A DNA stretch of 64,000 nucleotides. Origin: Octopus vulgaris. Lineage: Eukaryota. The stretch covers positions 45,880,001 to 45,944,000 of the forward strand of contig OX597825.1 of the NCBI GenBank assembly GCA_951406725.2, given 5' to 3'. The position numbers were made by a program, and so were the translations under genes. A model generated the notes under the pieces. The model saw only the letters and a list, made by a program, of their open reading frames with translations. It was not told the origin of the DNA and ran no database searches. Below, piece after piece: positions 12,095 to 27,022 of this stretch (within the stretch, counting starts at the first letter, position 1; each line of letters starts with the position of its first letter).

Positions 12095-14125
12095 AGTGGG
12101 TGCTTTTACATGCTACCGGCATGAGGGTCAGTCAGGCGGTTCTGGCAAAGACCACACTCAAAAGATGTTTTTTTACATGCTACATGCGCGGGAGCCAGTC
12201 CAGTGGCACTGGCAATGAGCACGCTTTAAAGTTGTTTTTCACGTTCCACACTGGCACATGTGCCGGAGAGGTGACGCTGGCAATGATCATACTTGAATGG
12301 TGCTTTTCACTTGTCACTGGCATGGGAACCAATCTGTGGTCCTGGCAACGATCATGCTCAGATGTGCTTTTAATATTCCACTGGCATGAGTGCCAATCAG
12401 GTGGTACTGTCATCGGCCACGTTAGTGATTTTGATTAGTTTACACTTGCTTCGATAGGTCCTCGCAAGCAAAGTTCATTGGCCAACGAATGAGGGGTACA
12501 CATAAGTGGACTGGTTACACCCACTGGCATAGGCCATGGGCTATGGTCTCACTTGGTCTCGGTCACTAGTCATTGTCTCATTAAGGCCCAATGTTCGAAG
12601 GTTGTGCTTCACCACCTCATCCCAGGTTTTCCTGGATCTACCTCTTCCACAGGTTCCCTCAACTGCTAGGGTGTGACACTTTTTCACACAGCTGTCCTCA
12701 TCCATTCACAACACATGACCATACCAGAGCAGCCGTCTCTCTTGCACACCACATCTAATGCTTCTTAAATCCAACTTTTCTCTCAGGGTGCTTACACTCT
12801 GTTGTGTATGCACACTGACATTACACATCTATCGGAGCATACTGGCTTCATTCCTTGCGAGTTTATGCATGTCCTCAGCAGTCATGGCCCATGTTTCACT
12901 GCCATGTAGTATGGCTGTTCGTGCATGTGTCATACAGTCTACCTTTTACTCTGAGCGAGAGGCCCTTTGTCACTAGCAGAGGTAGGAGCTATTCTTATTC
13001 TAGCTTTCAGAGCATCTACCCCTGCTACTGACTTGATTTCCTAGGTAATGGAAGTTATCAACTACTTGTAGTTTTTCTCCCTGGAATATGACAGAAGTTG
13101 TTCTCTGCACATTTTCAGTGTTTATAGCACCTGTGCATTTGCCACATGCAAAAACTATCTTTCCAGTTAGCCTCCCTTTGATATTGCTGCACCTCTTATG
13201 TGTCCATAGCTTACACTGGGTACATCTTATAGGGATTCTACCTATGCCTTTTCTACAGATCGAGCAGGGCCATCTACCTGAAGGGATTTGTGGTTTGTTT
13301 GCCTTCCTACTTACTAAGACTTTGGTTTTAGCTAGCTTGACTCTAAGGCTCTTCGATTCTAATTCTTACTTCCACACCTGAAACTTTTCCTCTAGTTCTG
13401 ATAGTGACTCAGCAATTAGAGCAAGGTTCTTGGCATAGAGGAGCTCCCAGGAGCATCCTGTCTTGAATTCCTCTGTTATTGCCCGGAGGACTATAATGAA
13501 TAAGAGGGGGCTGAGGACTGATCCTTGGTGGACCCCTACCCCTACTTGGAATTCTTCACTGTACTCATTGCCAACCCTCACCTTACTAATAGCATCCCTA
13601 TACATGACTTGCACAACTCTCACTAACCATTCATCTATCCCTAATTTCCTCATTGACCACTAGATAAGGGATCAGGGAACCCTGTCAAATGCTTTCTCCA
13701 TTTCAACAAAAGCCAGGTACAGAGGTTTAACTTTGGCTAGGTATTTCTCTTGCAGCTCTCTCACCGGAAATATAGCATCAGTGGTGCTTTTCCCTGGCAC
13801 GAACCCAAACTGCATCTCATCTAGACTGACTGTCTCCCTAATTAATTGGGCTATGACCCTCTCCATGACCTTCATTACCTGATCCAACAACTTGATACCT
13901 CTGTAATTATTTGTATCTAAAGCGTCATCTTCACCTTTGTAGCAGTTGACTATTATGCTGCTACACCAGTCATTGGGTATGACTCCTTCATGTATCACCT
14001 GGTTAACTATACGGGAGACTAAGCTATAGCTGACACTGCCAGATATTTTGAGCATCTCTGCGGTGATTCCTGATGGGCCGGGGGCTTTCTCTGTCTTCAT
14101 ACCCTTAATTGCTTTATCTACCAAA
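12095..14125 (-). mobile_element. RTE-clade LINE, 5'-truncated and decayed (RT domain + 3' region)
   Basis: ORFs 13672-14130 (KAPGPSG, NYRGIKLL, QFGFVPGKST, EMEKAFDRVP) and 13366-13653 (GVHQGSVLSPLLF, decayed YADD). Confidence 0.9.
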
Positions 14126-16060
14126 TACATTATGAAGCGTTTTGTTCCATTGTTGGGGAGAATAGGTTCTGTGCCACTCTTTCATGGACCAAATACACCC
14201 TTCAGATTGTCATACAGTGTTCTCAAGTTGTGAGAGATAGCAGTCTGTTCTAATTCTTTTTTGCCCACCAAGAATTTTTCATCTCACACAGTGTTGTCTG
14301 TGTAGTTTTTCTAGAGGAAATGTATAAGGATCTGAGTGTTGGTAAGTTTATGTCAGATCCATGCCATGTGTCTTTTGTACAAAGCTTCTAGAAGATGTTT
14401 AATTTGAAAATAGTTCTCATTGAATCAATCTTGGTGTTTGTATTTTATGAATCCTAGAGGTACTTCAGCTGATGATTCAAGGTCGTTGCATTCTTCTCTT
14501 TCCACAAGCTTTGAGTTTAAATGCAAATTTTTTTTGTTGTTTATGTATTTTTTAAAGAAGCAGCGTTTATTCTTGGATGTATACTGAATCTCAGTGGCCT
14601 TTTTGCATTTGGTTCAACAAATATTTTGCTGCAAACCATTCTGTGATCTGAATAACACTCAAGTTTTGTGAATTTTGGTTAATCGCTACAATCCTTATTC
14701 TTAGCATGTGCCAGTTATCATATCAGGGACACTACTAGTGTTTTTTGTATTTGTCTGCCTGCTGAAACACTGTATTTGTGACTGTTAGACCAAACTGTTG
14801 AGAAAAGGACAGCAGTTGTAAACTGCTTTCATTCATTGTTTCTGTCCCATGCTTTCCTATTACTCTTGACCACACTGTATGTTTGTTGCCTATTCTGACA
14901 TTAAAATCACCCACCAATATGATTTTGTCATGGTATGGAATTTTACTGACTACTGTCCGTAGTTTTGTGTAGAAGATGTCATGTTCCTGTTTGCATGCTG
15001 ATAAGGTAGGCACATATGCACTGACAATGTGCATAGAAGAGGACTAACCTATCAAGATACAGAATGTTAGAATGTCAAGAGACACTCTTCAACAGCTTGA
15101 GGTGATGGGTGGTGATTTGCAAAATACTGTTGTTTTAATGGTGAAGCCAACACTATGAATCCTTGGTTCATCTGTCAACCTTCTACTCCCCCAAAAAGTA
15201 TAACCACTTCCTACTTCCTGTAATTCACTGGTGTTTGCAAGCCTGGATTCATTTAGGACCACAATATTGATGTTATAGGGGCTGATTACCTTTGCAATTA
15301 GTGCTGTTTTTCATTCTATGCTATCTTTGCTGTCTTGTAACGTTCTAACATTCCAACAACCAAAGATTAGCATGTTTCTTTTATTCATCTTATCTTTATC
15401 TTGACTGCAATAGACTGGATGACTAGACATCTGCAGTTAATGCCAAGCTTATTGAAGGCAACACTTTTTTTAGGGTTCCTTTTCTCATCCTACATGCAAT
15501 ATCAGAGAAGCAGTGTTACACATAGATAGAGCTGCTTGCCACACAAAGGAGGACATGAATCCTGCAGGTGCCTTTGGATTCTGCAGAGAGACAGCCATCA
15601 CCCTCTGTGCCACTTATGTGTGGGACTCTGGATAGGAACTTCCAGCAACACCTTTTGCCTGTTCCTGTCACCATATCCCATAGCCATAGAACTTTCAACC
15701 CACCTTCAAACTACCTCCATAATGAATTTATTTTAAGTGGTATGGGATTGTGTCATCCATCACACTCTCTCATCTAGATAGCCCAGACTCCAGTGCATAT
15801 TGATGCCACTTGGAGAAAAGGCCATTTAGATGCATAGACACTGACAGGTTGTCACCAGATGACTAAGGAGCCCTATCTATCCCAGTTTTTGAATCGGAGT
15901 GTTCCTTTTCCTAGACAGACTGCTGACCAATGTTAATGAGTTCTGTCCACCCGTTTTTAGATGGCCATTGACTCTTCTAAGTTCCTCTGCCCTTTGCTGG
16001 GTTTTGTTTTCCATCCTGCTGGGTGTCCAAAAATCAATATTTTACCCTCTTCACCAAACA
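14126..16060 (-). mobile_element. Decayed non-LTR retrotransposon 5' part (APE endonuclease, RTE-like) with probable 5' UTR
   Basis: ORF 14735-15034 SAYVPT...GDFNVRIG...TNTVFQ and upstream GCWNVRTL motif near 15350. Outer limit approximate. Confidence 0.7.
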
Positions 16061-17204
16061 AGTGGTTGCTGGTTTAGTCACTAATAGCCCAACCATGTTA
16101 CAGTTGCACTGCATCACATGTCAATGTTGATTATTGCCTATTTTGGCAAGCTGTCATTGTATTGCTACTTTAACAATAAGTATAAATTGCAGTTTAAGGT
16201 CTGATATATTATGTCCTCTGTTAAATGAAATCAGGATGGATACTAATAAGCAAATTCAAAGACAAGTTCCAATATTTATTACTATTGCTAAAATTAGATA
16301 CAACACACTGGTAGGACATTAATAATTGTCAATACATTGTACAGTTTCAAATGCTCATTATAATGAAAATAAAAAGTTAGAAAAACCTAAAACGTAACAT
16401 CACAAAAATTCTGGCTACAATTCTATTTAAATGTTGGTAAGATGTGAAGCATAATGTCAAGGATTCTGGTTTGAATTCTGTTCAAGCTGAAAACTGCACA
16501 GTGAAATCAAACTGTTCTCACATCAGAGATCCAAGGGCACTCGTAGCAAAACTCACTTCCTTACTCTCTTTAACTTTAAATCTTTTATTTAATTTATCTA
16601 AGATTAGTCACAGCTTAACATATCACATATTCTGACTACTTCAATTACCTCATCTACCCATTTTCTGCCAAAAGTATGCCTACACCATCCACATCATCGT
16701 TCCTACCTACACAGAAGAATTTAAACATGTTTCTCATTCATGAGGAATCTAGCAGAGGCTTCCCTCCATCTTCTTGCACACTGCACACATCTTCATACCA
16801 TTGCTCCAGCCTTTCAATAATCTCACCATCCTTCCTTTCATTGTAGTGACATTGATGGTGGTGGCCTTGAAATTGTAAACTTGGGAGGAAGAGTACAAAG
16901 ACAGTCATTATGCAAAGAAGATTTGCACAAACACTTACCAGTTGGTACGTAGTTAATTTAATCAATGAATTACAATTTCCTCAGTCCTGTATACCATCTA
17001 GAGTGAATGTCAAAAAGTAGAAAGAAATGTGGCTAGGACTTCAGGCTGACAAGAAGAGAGGATAGGATGGCTACATAGAAAGGGTTAAATATTATAAATT
17101 TAAATATTTATATATGTAGTTCTTGTATGTTATGTCTTACACATATATGTGTACACATGTGTACAGTTAGATGTATACATCTCTCATACACATGCATGCA
17201 AACT

Positions 17205-18762
17205 AGTATATAGTAGCAGGATTTTATGCAACAAGGTACATCTTTTTGACTCTTATATCAAAAGTATCGACCCAGATTTCATCACAGTCATGGAAACATG
17301 GGCACATTCTGCACTCTGTGATGGGGTTTTCAGCATAGCTGGCTACAACCTGTTCTGCAAAGACTGCATTAATTGCTGTGGTGGTGGTGTGATGGTCTAT
17401 GTTCGTTCAAATCTATTGGCAATTCCTTGTGATGATTTGAACCAATCTTAGCAGGAAGTATTTTTCTGCAATATACACATGACCAAATTATCATCAAGAT
17501 ACACAACTTTTTGATATCTTCAGAGTTGCTGCCATGAAAACAGCCACTTATGTTTATATTGCAGGGGACTTCATTTTCCCTGAGATTGACTGGGAGACCT
17601 TCCGTTGGCCGCAATGTGAAGACGATTTCCTTAAACTGGTGCTGAATTCAAATTGGTCCCAAGTCGTTACCTCTCCCACAAGGGGTAACAACACTTTGAA
17701 TCTGCTATTTACCACTTCTCCTGAAACAATTATTAGTGTTACTACTGAAGAACCTTTAGGTGACTCTGATCAGTCCATGATCATGGCCAACTTGTCTCTG
17801 ATTGGTTGTAACAAAAACCACAACCATCTTCAAACTGCCCTCTTTGACTGGAATAAAGCAGACTGGAACTCTTATTGTACTGAGCTGCGATGCCCAAACT
17901 GACTCGAATTTTATGCCTCTGGAGATGTGAACACTATACTTCAGAACATTCTGAATTCAATATGGACGGCATTGGTACCACACAAGCACAAAAAACCACC
18001 CAATAGTGCAATTTGGGAGACTTGCCAGGAAAGAACACTGTAATGCTGAACAGGAATACAAAATGCACAAATCAGAGATCAACAAGAAAAAGCGAATAGA
18101 TCATTCAACCATCTCAAGCAGGTGACAAAAAAGGCAGTGCTTGAATTCGAACAGTGCATAGCAACCAACCCTGACAGCAAAGTGTTCTGGAAGTATGTAC
18201 ACTCAAAGCAGAGACCTCACTCTCGAGTTGGTTCCTTTCGCAATTCCCACACAGGGCAGATTACTGGCAATCCCAAAGGATGTGCAGAAATCATTGCTGG
18301 ATGCTTGCAGGCATCTTTACTGTTGAAGATCAAAATGTTCCATCTCCATCACCTCTGACACTGGAATCTATAACTACTATGAAGTTTACACCAGCAATGC
18401 TACAACGCCACCTTAAGAATAAACGTAACCATGCCTCTCCTGGTCTCGATAGTGTTACATACCTACTTCTCAAATGCAGAGGGTACTTTCTTCTAAACCA
18501 ACTTTCACTATTCTTTCAATTCTGTCTTGACAATGGTGTTACTCCAGAGCAGTAGAAAAATGCCAGTGTTATCCCTCTGTTCAAAAAAGGTGACCGCACA
18601 TTGCCTGTCAACTATCGCCCTGTCAGTCTTACTAGCTGCATCGCCAAACTGATGGAATCCTGTGTCAGAGAAACCCTCTGGAACTTCTGGAAGTCTCACA
18701 GCCTCATCCAGCTGTCATAATTTGGATTTATTCCTAACTCCAGCTGCTGTAATCAACTCGTC
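17205..18762 (+). mobile_element. CR1/L2-group LINE ORF2, 5' part (APE endonuclease to start of RT)
   Basis: Motifs ETWAH, GGGVMVYV, AGDF, PTRGNNTLNL, SPGLD, VIPLFKKG, NYRPVSLTS, FGF..SCCNQLV; several stops and frameshifts. Confidence 0.85.
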
Positions 18763-19283
18763 AAAGAGAATACCCTCCATCAGGCATTTGCCATATTCTG
18801 AACGCCTTACTTCCTTGGGCATGGATACATTGAAACTCCAATGTCTGGCAGCTGACTTGGCAGACACCCATACAATTATTAACCATCTTACTAACAATAA
18901 CTCTGAGCACTTTTTCAAACTCCACCTGTCTAACACTTGTGGACATGTTTACAAAGTCAGAAAACAGCACAGCTCCCATGACTTTCGGAAACATTTTTTC
19001 ACGCTAAGAGTTACTGAAACATGGAACAGACTGCCAGCATCAGTTGTTAGTTGTCGGAGCACTGCATCCTTCAAAACTTCCATGCTTCTTGAGATTCGCC
19101 AACACTACACCTGATTTTCTGCCCTCCATACACACGCAAGAATGTATCTGACTCATACACAACAGTGTATGAGTCTTCCAAGACATTTGTACATTACTGC
19201 ATATGCTTTATATGCACTTTTAAGCACTTTATATGCACCTGAGTACTATACTATAATTTCATTATTATTATTATTATTATTAT
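18763..19283 (+). mobile_element. CR1-like LINE 3' end with (ATT)n tail
   Basis: KRIPSIRHLPYSERL...FFTLRV.ETWNRLP, then 3' UTR and (ATT)n. Homologous to 22972-23009, 27023-27178 and 29282-29585. Confidence 0.85.
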
Positions 19284-19609
19284 TGGAGTAAAGTCATCAA
19301 AATATATTCATATAACTAAGGACAGATGGAGTACATAATGAGTTGCCAGGGGAGCAATTCATGTACATTTAAATAAAAATTGTGGTGGGTGGAGGAGAAG
19401 GAAGGTGGGAGAAGGAAGGGGCTTACAAAGTTGAGAACCTATTGTAGTACCCACCATTATTATATGGACTTAATATTTAATTATTATTAATACTATTAGA
19501 AGCATATACTAACAAATTTAGTTATGATATCTATCTATCTCTCTGTCTGTCCGTCTATCTGTCCGGCTGTCTGTCTGCCTGTCTGTCTGTCTGTCTGTCT
19601 GTCTAATCA

Positions 19610-21595
<1,986 letters not shown>

Positions 21596-22235
21596 GACTA
21601 ATGCTTGCAAATACAATGCTGTTATAATATACCGGAAGATATGAAATATAAAACCGTAAATTCATAAACTACATTATATGAGTACCATATTTAAATTATA
21701 TTTTCTTTCAGATCAGCTGTATACTTGTATATGAATTTTGGTCAAGAGAATTGCAATACAGGATGTAAAGCTTGTATTTATCACTGTAATATTTTATGTA
21801 ATCATAATTGGCCACCACTGTAGATTTTTTCCATCTACTGATTGCATATAGCTGACAGGCTGATGGAAGTTTATTAATATTCCTTTCATCTTTTAAAAAT
21901 GTTCACTTAGATCTTCAAAAATTGTTTCTTAAAGGTAAATAATGTCAGTAAATAATGTAAGATATATATCAGGTGTAGGTTATGAATGCTGGGGAAGGAG
22001 GTAAAATGAGATGATGTAACCTCTCCACATAGCTGCCAAAGTACAATTATCCATAAGTCTACGCTAACAGACTGCGATAATTTGGCTTGTTTACCATATT
22101 TCATTATTAGTAACAATTATTGTGTTTATTGGGAAAATTGCTTATCCTACAACATTCAGATGTCTCATCTGTAATACGGCCACATGAGCACAGGGTAATT
22201 TTTTGAAGCATTTAAAAATATAAAAAGTATGTTTC

Positions 22236-23009
22236 GAGTTTCTTGAGGACGTTACCCAAATCACTGATCGCAGATCCTGGGTGGATGTTGTTTACCTGGA
22301 CTTTGCTAAGGCTTTTAACTCTGTGCCACACAAAAGACTTATGGTGAAACTCTCTGCATTGGGTGTAAGAGACGATCTCTATAACTGGTTGAAGTCCTTT
22401 ATTATTGGCCGAAAAGAGGTTGTCACAGTTCTAGGACAGCACTCTTCACCCTATGAGATGACATCTGGTGTACCACAGGGATCTGTTCTTGGCCCCCTTT
22501 TATTTGTTGCATATGTTAATGACATAGACTCCAACTTAAAGAATTCCACAGTGCTGAAATATGCAGATGACATCAAGCTGTACCTCGAAATAAAGAGGTC
22601 AGATCCTGTACACTATAGATCTCTGTTGCAATCAGACTTGGACATAATGCAGCAGTGGATCATGGACTGGCAACTCAAGATGGCTGTGGACAAATGTACC
22701 ACCGTCTACTTACTCCCTCCACAACACTAATCTCAAAAAGTCTTTGTGTGAACGTGACCTGGGCGTTATTGTTGACAGCGATTTGCGTTGGACAAAACAC
22801 ATCGCTAAAATTGCCATCACTCACCAAGTCCTTTGTGAGCCGCTCTCCAGTTATCTATATGTGGCTTTATATAGCTATGGTGAGACCTCACCTGGAATTT
22901 GTATCACCGGTCTGGAACCCCTATCTTGCCCAGGATATTAATCGTCTGGAAGCCGTTCAGCGACGTGCAACGAAGAGAATACCCTCCATCAGGCATTTGC
23001 CATATTCTG
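22236..23009 (+). mobile_element. CR1-like LINE RT core
   Basis: VDVVYLDFAKAFNSVPH, SGVPQGSVLGPLLF, YADD, VRPHLEF..PVWNP. Confidence 0.9.
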
Positions 23010-23289
23010 TGTGGGATGACGTCAGCGGCTGGGTGCGTTGACCGGAAGTTGGGGCAATCGGAAGGGGCAGCCGTGAGGCGTGTGCAGGGAGAGGGGATAT
23101 CGGCCTTTCCAACGAGGGTCGCCGAGGTGTTAAGACGTGTGAAGACGTTGCTAAGGTTGGGTGAAGCAGCTGCTATCTTTAGCGTTCGGGTCGGGGCTGT
23201 GACGAAGGATCCGTTACCACTGAAGGGTCTCTATCAGAGCGAAGAGAAGGTAGGTGCCTTTATATATCGACTATCTCGCACACACCACA
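23010..23289 (+). repeat. 5' LTR (280 bp) of Ty3/Gypsy element
   Basis: TGTGG...CCACA termini, preceded by TSD TTCTG (23005-23009). Matches 26863-26963 plus the reverse complement of 27179-27357. Confidence 0.9.
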
Positions 23290-23324
23290 AGCTATTTCGG
23301 CGTTCCACGTAAGTCGTCACTACG

Positions 23325-24071
23325 ATGTCTGCGAAAATCAGGATCGCCAGCGACATCATCAGACCCTTTAATGGCGAAGGCGATGTAGTGGCCTGGATGC
23401 GTAAAATCCGGCTGGTGGCAAGACTGCAAGGTATAAGCGATGTAGCAAGTCTTATGGCGCTGTATTTAGAAGGGAGCGCGTTAACGTTATACCTTGAGAT
23501 AGACGAGGAAGAACGTCTGAGCGAGGAAAAGATAGAGCAACGATTGCGGGATGCCTACACGGAATGTGAATACACAGCTTTTGCTAAGCTGGGTACGATT
23601 CAGTGGACGGGAGGTCAAGTGGACGAGTATGCGGCAGAAGTTAGAAGGTTAGCGACGCTGGCTGGGTTTACGGGAGAAGGGCTGGAGAGAGCGGCGCGGC
23701 TGGCGTTCGTAAATGGGTTCCCCGACGATGTAGGGATTCACCTACAACGATTGCCCAGGATTAAAAGGATGGCGCTGAGCGAACTGGTGACTCAAGCCCG
23801 CGTGTTGACGCGACACTCTGGGCGGAAGGCGATAGCGATGGCGGTGACGGAGATGCGTAAAGACGGACGACGACCGGAGAAAGACGTACAGAAGCGGCCG
23901 TTCACAGGTCAGTGTTTTAGATGCCAGGGATCGTACATGGCGCGGGACTGTACGCAACCGGAGCCAGTTTGCTATCGATGCAGGCAAACAGGGCACGTCG
24001 CCCGTGATTGCGACCAGGGAAACGACCACGGGGAAGTTGCTGCCTCTCGAACTTTCCCCGCAAACGAGTAG
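23325..24071 (+). CDS. gag: Gag protein with two zinc knuckles
   Basis: Intact 248-aa ORF; CFRCQGSYMARDC (His replaced by Tyr) and CYRCRQTGHVARDC. Confidence 0.85.
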   Translation: MSAKIRIASDIIRPFNGEGDVVAWMRKIRLVARLQGISDVASLMALYLEGSALTLYLEIDEEERLSEEKIEQRLRDAYTECEYTAFAKLGTIQWTGGQVDEYAAEVRRLATLAGFTGEGLERAARLAFVNGFPDDVGIHLQRLPRIKRMALSELVTQARVLTRHSGRKAIAMAVTEMRKDGRRPEKDVQKRPFTGQCFRCQGSYMARDCTQPEPVCYRCRQTGHVARDCDQGNDHGEVAASRTFPANE

Positions 24072-26842
24072 AGGCGCTATTGGAGACGCTGCCATTAATT
24101 GACGTGGAGGCCGAGGGGAAGACATTCAAGGCCCTCGTGGACACGGACTGTACGACCACCCTTGTGACTTCAAGGGTGACGAAGGAATGGAACGGGGCAA
24201 GTAGCGTCCGGGCGGTCGACGGCAGCGAAATCCGTTGCAGAGGCAGCAGCAAGGTAGAGATAGTGGTGCGCGGCGCGACGCTAAGGCTGCAGGTAATTGT
24301 GGATGAACGCGTGATAGATAGTGTTGATGTGGTGATGGAGATGGACGCCATCAACTGCCTTGGTGGCGTCGGTGTTGTGGGAAATGAGGTCACGTTCGGA
24401 AGCGTGGGGGCGTCGTGCACTGCGAGCCAGGATCGCCAGAGAGAGCAGAGCCCCGCGAGGGACTGCGCCGCTTACACCATCGAGGACAAAGACTTTCAGG
24501 CGGCGTTCGATGGTTAGCGGTGGACGATAGAGTGGCGATGGAAGGACGAGCCCTCGACGCTGGAAAACAGGGTGAGCAGTTTACCAGCATACCCTGAAAG
24601 GCCACGCCAGGGTCGAGTTTGAAGACGAGGTGGAGAGGTGGATCGAGGAAGGGGTCCTTGTCCCTTGGAAGGAGGAGGTAACGGGCGGAGTGCTACCCCT
24701 GATGGCGGTGGTGCAGCCTACGAAGGGAAAAGTCAGACCGGTGCTGGACTTCAGGGAGCTAAACCAGCATATATCGCGTCACACGGGAGGTGAAGCGACA
24801 GACGTTTGTGGCGAGACGTTACGTGCGTGGAGACAGTCGACCGAGGCAGCGACGATTGTCGACTTGAAATCGGCATACTTGCAGCTCCATGTGAGCGACA
24901 AACTGTGGCGATATCAGCTGGTGCGGTACAAAGGCCGGACGTACTGTTTAACCAGGCTGGGTTTCCGTTCCGAAGATCATGGCGGCAGTACTTAACTCCG
25001 TCCTAGGGAAAGAGGGCAAGATTAGAAAGGCCACCAGCTCCTACATTGACGACATTTTGGTGGACGAAACAGTAGTGCCAGCCAATGAGGTAGTTAGACA
25101 TCTGGAGAAGTTCGGACTGATTGCGAAGCTACCGGAGTCGATGGAAGGGGGAGCCACGCTGGGGCTGAAGCTGCAAAGAGATAGATCGGGTGAATTGGTG
25201 TTCCGGAGAGGGAATGAAATCCCAGAGCTGAGTTCCAGCGTCAGCAGGAGAGAGCTGTTCTCGGTGTGTGGGAAGTTGGTCGGTCACTACCCAATCGCCG
25301 GATGGCTGCGCACGGCGTGTAGTTACACCAAGAGACGAGCAGAGGGGGAGAGTTGGGGCGACAAGGTGGGAGAAGGGACGGTGGCGATGATGCAGGAAAT
25401 CCTAGAGAGGACGAGAGTGGAAGACCCGGTCAGGGGGAACTGGTACGTGCCCAAGACGGAATGCGGGACCGTCTGGTGTGATGCTAGCAGTATAGCGATA
25501 GGGGTTGTGTTGGCAATCGAAGGTGCTGCGGTGGAGGACGCGGCCTGGCTTCGGAAAGCAGATGATTTCAACCACATCAATGTCGCCGAATTAGACGCGG
25601 TGCTGAAAGGGGTGAACTTGGCCCTGAAATGGGGGCTGCGCACAATTGAAATCCGGACGGATTCGGCCACTGTGCTTGGCTGGGTAGGATCGGTGATCAC
25701 CGGTGAAAGGAGAGTGCGGACGAAAGGTGCCGCGGAGATGTTAGTGAAGCGCCGTCTATGAGTTCTAGGTGAATTGATCGCCGAGTTCGGACTGAAGCTG
25801 AATGTGGTTTTCGTGCCTTCGGAGAAAAACAGGGCGGACGCACTGACCAGGGTGAAAAGAGCGTGGTTGGAAGAACCGGAGGAGGCCTGGAAATGGATAG
25901 GTGCAGCGTGTCGGTTGGATGACTCCGAACTGAAGAGATTGCACGCTATGCATCACCTGGGTGTGGACAGGACCCTGTATCTGGCGAAGAAAATTGATGC
26001 TGACGTCAGTAGGAGAAGCATCCGGAAGGTGGTCGGGAGCTGCGCCATGGTGTCAGTCCATCGACCCTGCTCCGTGTGGGCATGAAAAGGAAAAGCCTTT
26101 CGGTGGAGCAGAACTGGAAAAGGCTAGCTGTGGATGTGACACACTACCGTCAGGGAATGTACCTTTCCATGGTCGATTGTGGGCCAGGCCGGCTGGCCAT
26201 TTGGAGGGAGTTAAGAACGGGCATTGCTGACGAGATCGTGCAGATCCTGAACGGGATATTTTTAGAGAGAGGTCCCGTGGAAGAACTACTGATGGACAAC
26301 GGGGCGGCGTTTCGTTCGGAAGCATTGAGGGTTATGCTTGATCGGTGGAATGTGCGTCGCTTGTTCAGAGCAGCGTATAGGCCGAGCGGTAACGGGATCG
26401 TGGAGAGGCACCATCGGACAGTCAAGGCCATAGCGGAAAGAGGGCAAATTTCGCCGCTTGAAGCAGTTTTTTGGTACAACTTGTCTCTCCGATCCGGACA
26501 AGCTGAGGAATCTGTGCCGCAGAGAGCTGTGTTCAAATGTGAATGGAGGCACCCGAGCAAAGCGCCGGAGGGTCACGAGGAAGAGAAGGGACCCGTTCGC
26601 GTGAAAATAGGGAAGTCTGGGTTAAGCCACCAAAGGCGCGCTGTACGTCTCAATGGAGCAGAGGAACGGTGACGGCGGTCAATTCCAGAAACAACGTATC
26701 TGTTGATGGAATGCCGCGACACGTCTTGGACCATCGCAGGATTGTCGCTTCGACGGACGACGATTCTGGAGAGGGAGAGAACGAGGTGCCCAGCTTGAGA
26801 AGATCTCGACGCGCAAGGCGCCCTCCCGGTCGGAGATTGTGA
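24008..26842 (+). pseudogene. pol: Pol polyprotein (protease, RT, RNase H, integrase), disrupted
   Basis: ALVDTDC (decayed DTG), VDLKSAYLQ, YIDD, WCDAS, MDNGAAF, GNGIVER; broken by stops (e.g. 24515, 25759) and frameshifts. Confidence 0.9.
24017..24075 (+). other. -1 programmed ribosomal frameshift signal (slippery heptamer + pseudoknot)
   Basis: G GGA AAC 24017-24023 in the gag frame; pol is in the -1 frame. Stem 24029-24038/24050-24060; loop GCCTCT 24042-24047 pairs AGAGGC 24070-24075. Confidence 0.75.
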
Positions 26843-26963
26843 TCTTTAAGATCAGGGTGGCGTGTGGGATGACGTCAGCAGCTGGGTGCGTTGACCGGAA
26901 GTTAGGGCAACCGGAAGGGGCAGCCGTGAGGCGTGTGCAGGGAGAGGGGATATCGGCCTTTCC

Positions 26964-27022
26964 GGTTAATATAGGGCGTAACAAATATTTGTTACAGATA
27001 TTTGTTACGCCCTATATTAACC
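26964..27022. repeat. 59-bp palindrome made of two terminal ~25-bp ends of the foldback element
   Basis: GGTTAATATAGGGCGTAACAAATAT ... ATATTTGTTACGCCCTATATTAACC, identical to the termini of 27360-29281. Confidence 0.9.

Noticed and set aside
14465-14480. Other CTGATGA words (also ~39653, ~42112, ~52224)
   Set aside because: No matching GAAA/NUH strands with complementary stems were found nearby.
21700-21900. Possible host exon after ttttctttcag
   Set aside because: Acceptor-like site only; no supportable reading frame or partner exons.
22899-23312. 137-aa ORF spanning the CR1/LTR junction as a chimeric gene
   Set aside because: Incidental open frame through GC-rich LTR sequence with no recognisable domain.
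23010-26963. GC-rich island as bacterial contamination or horizontal gene transfer
   Set aside because: Fully explained as a Ty3/Gypsy element with LTRs and a TSD inside a host LINE.
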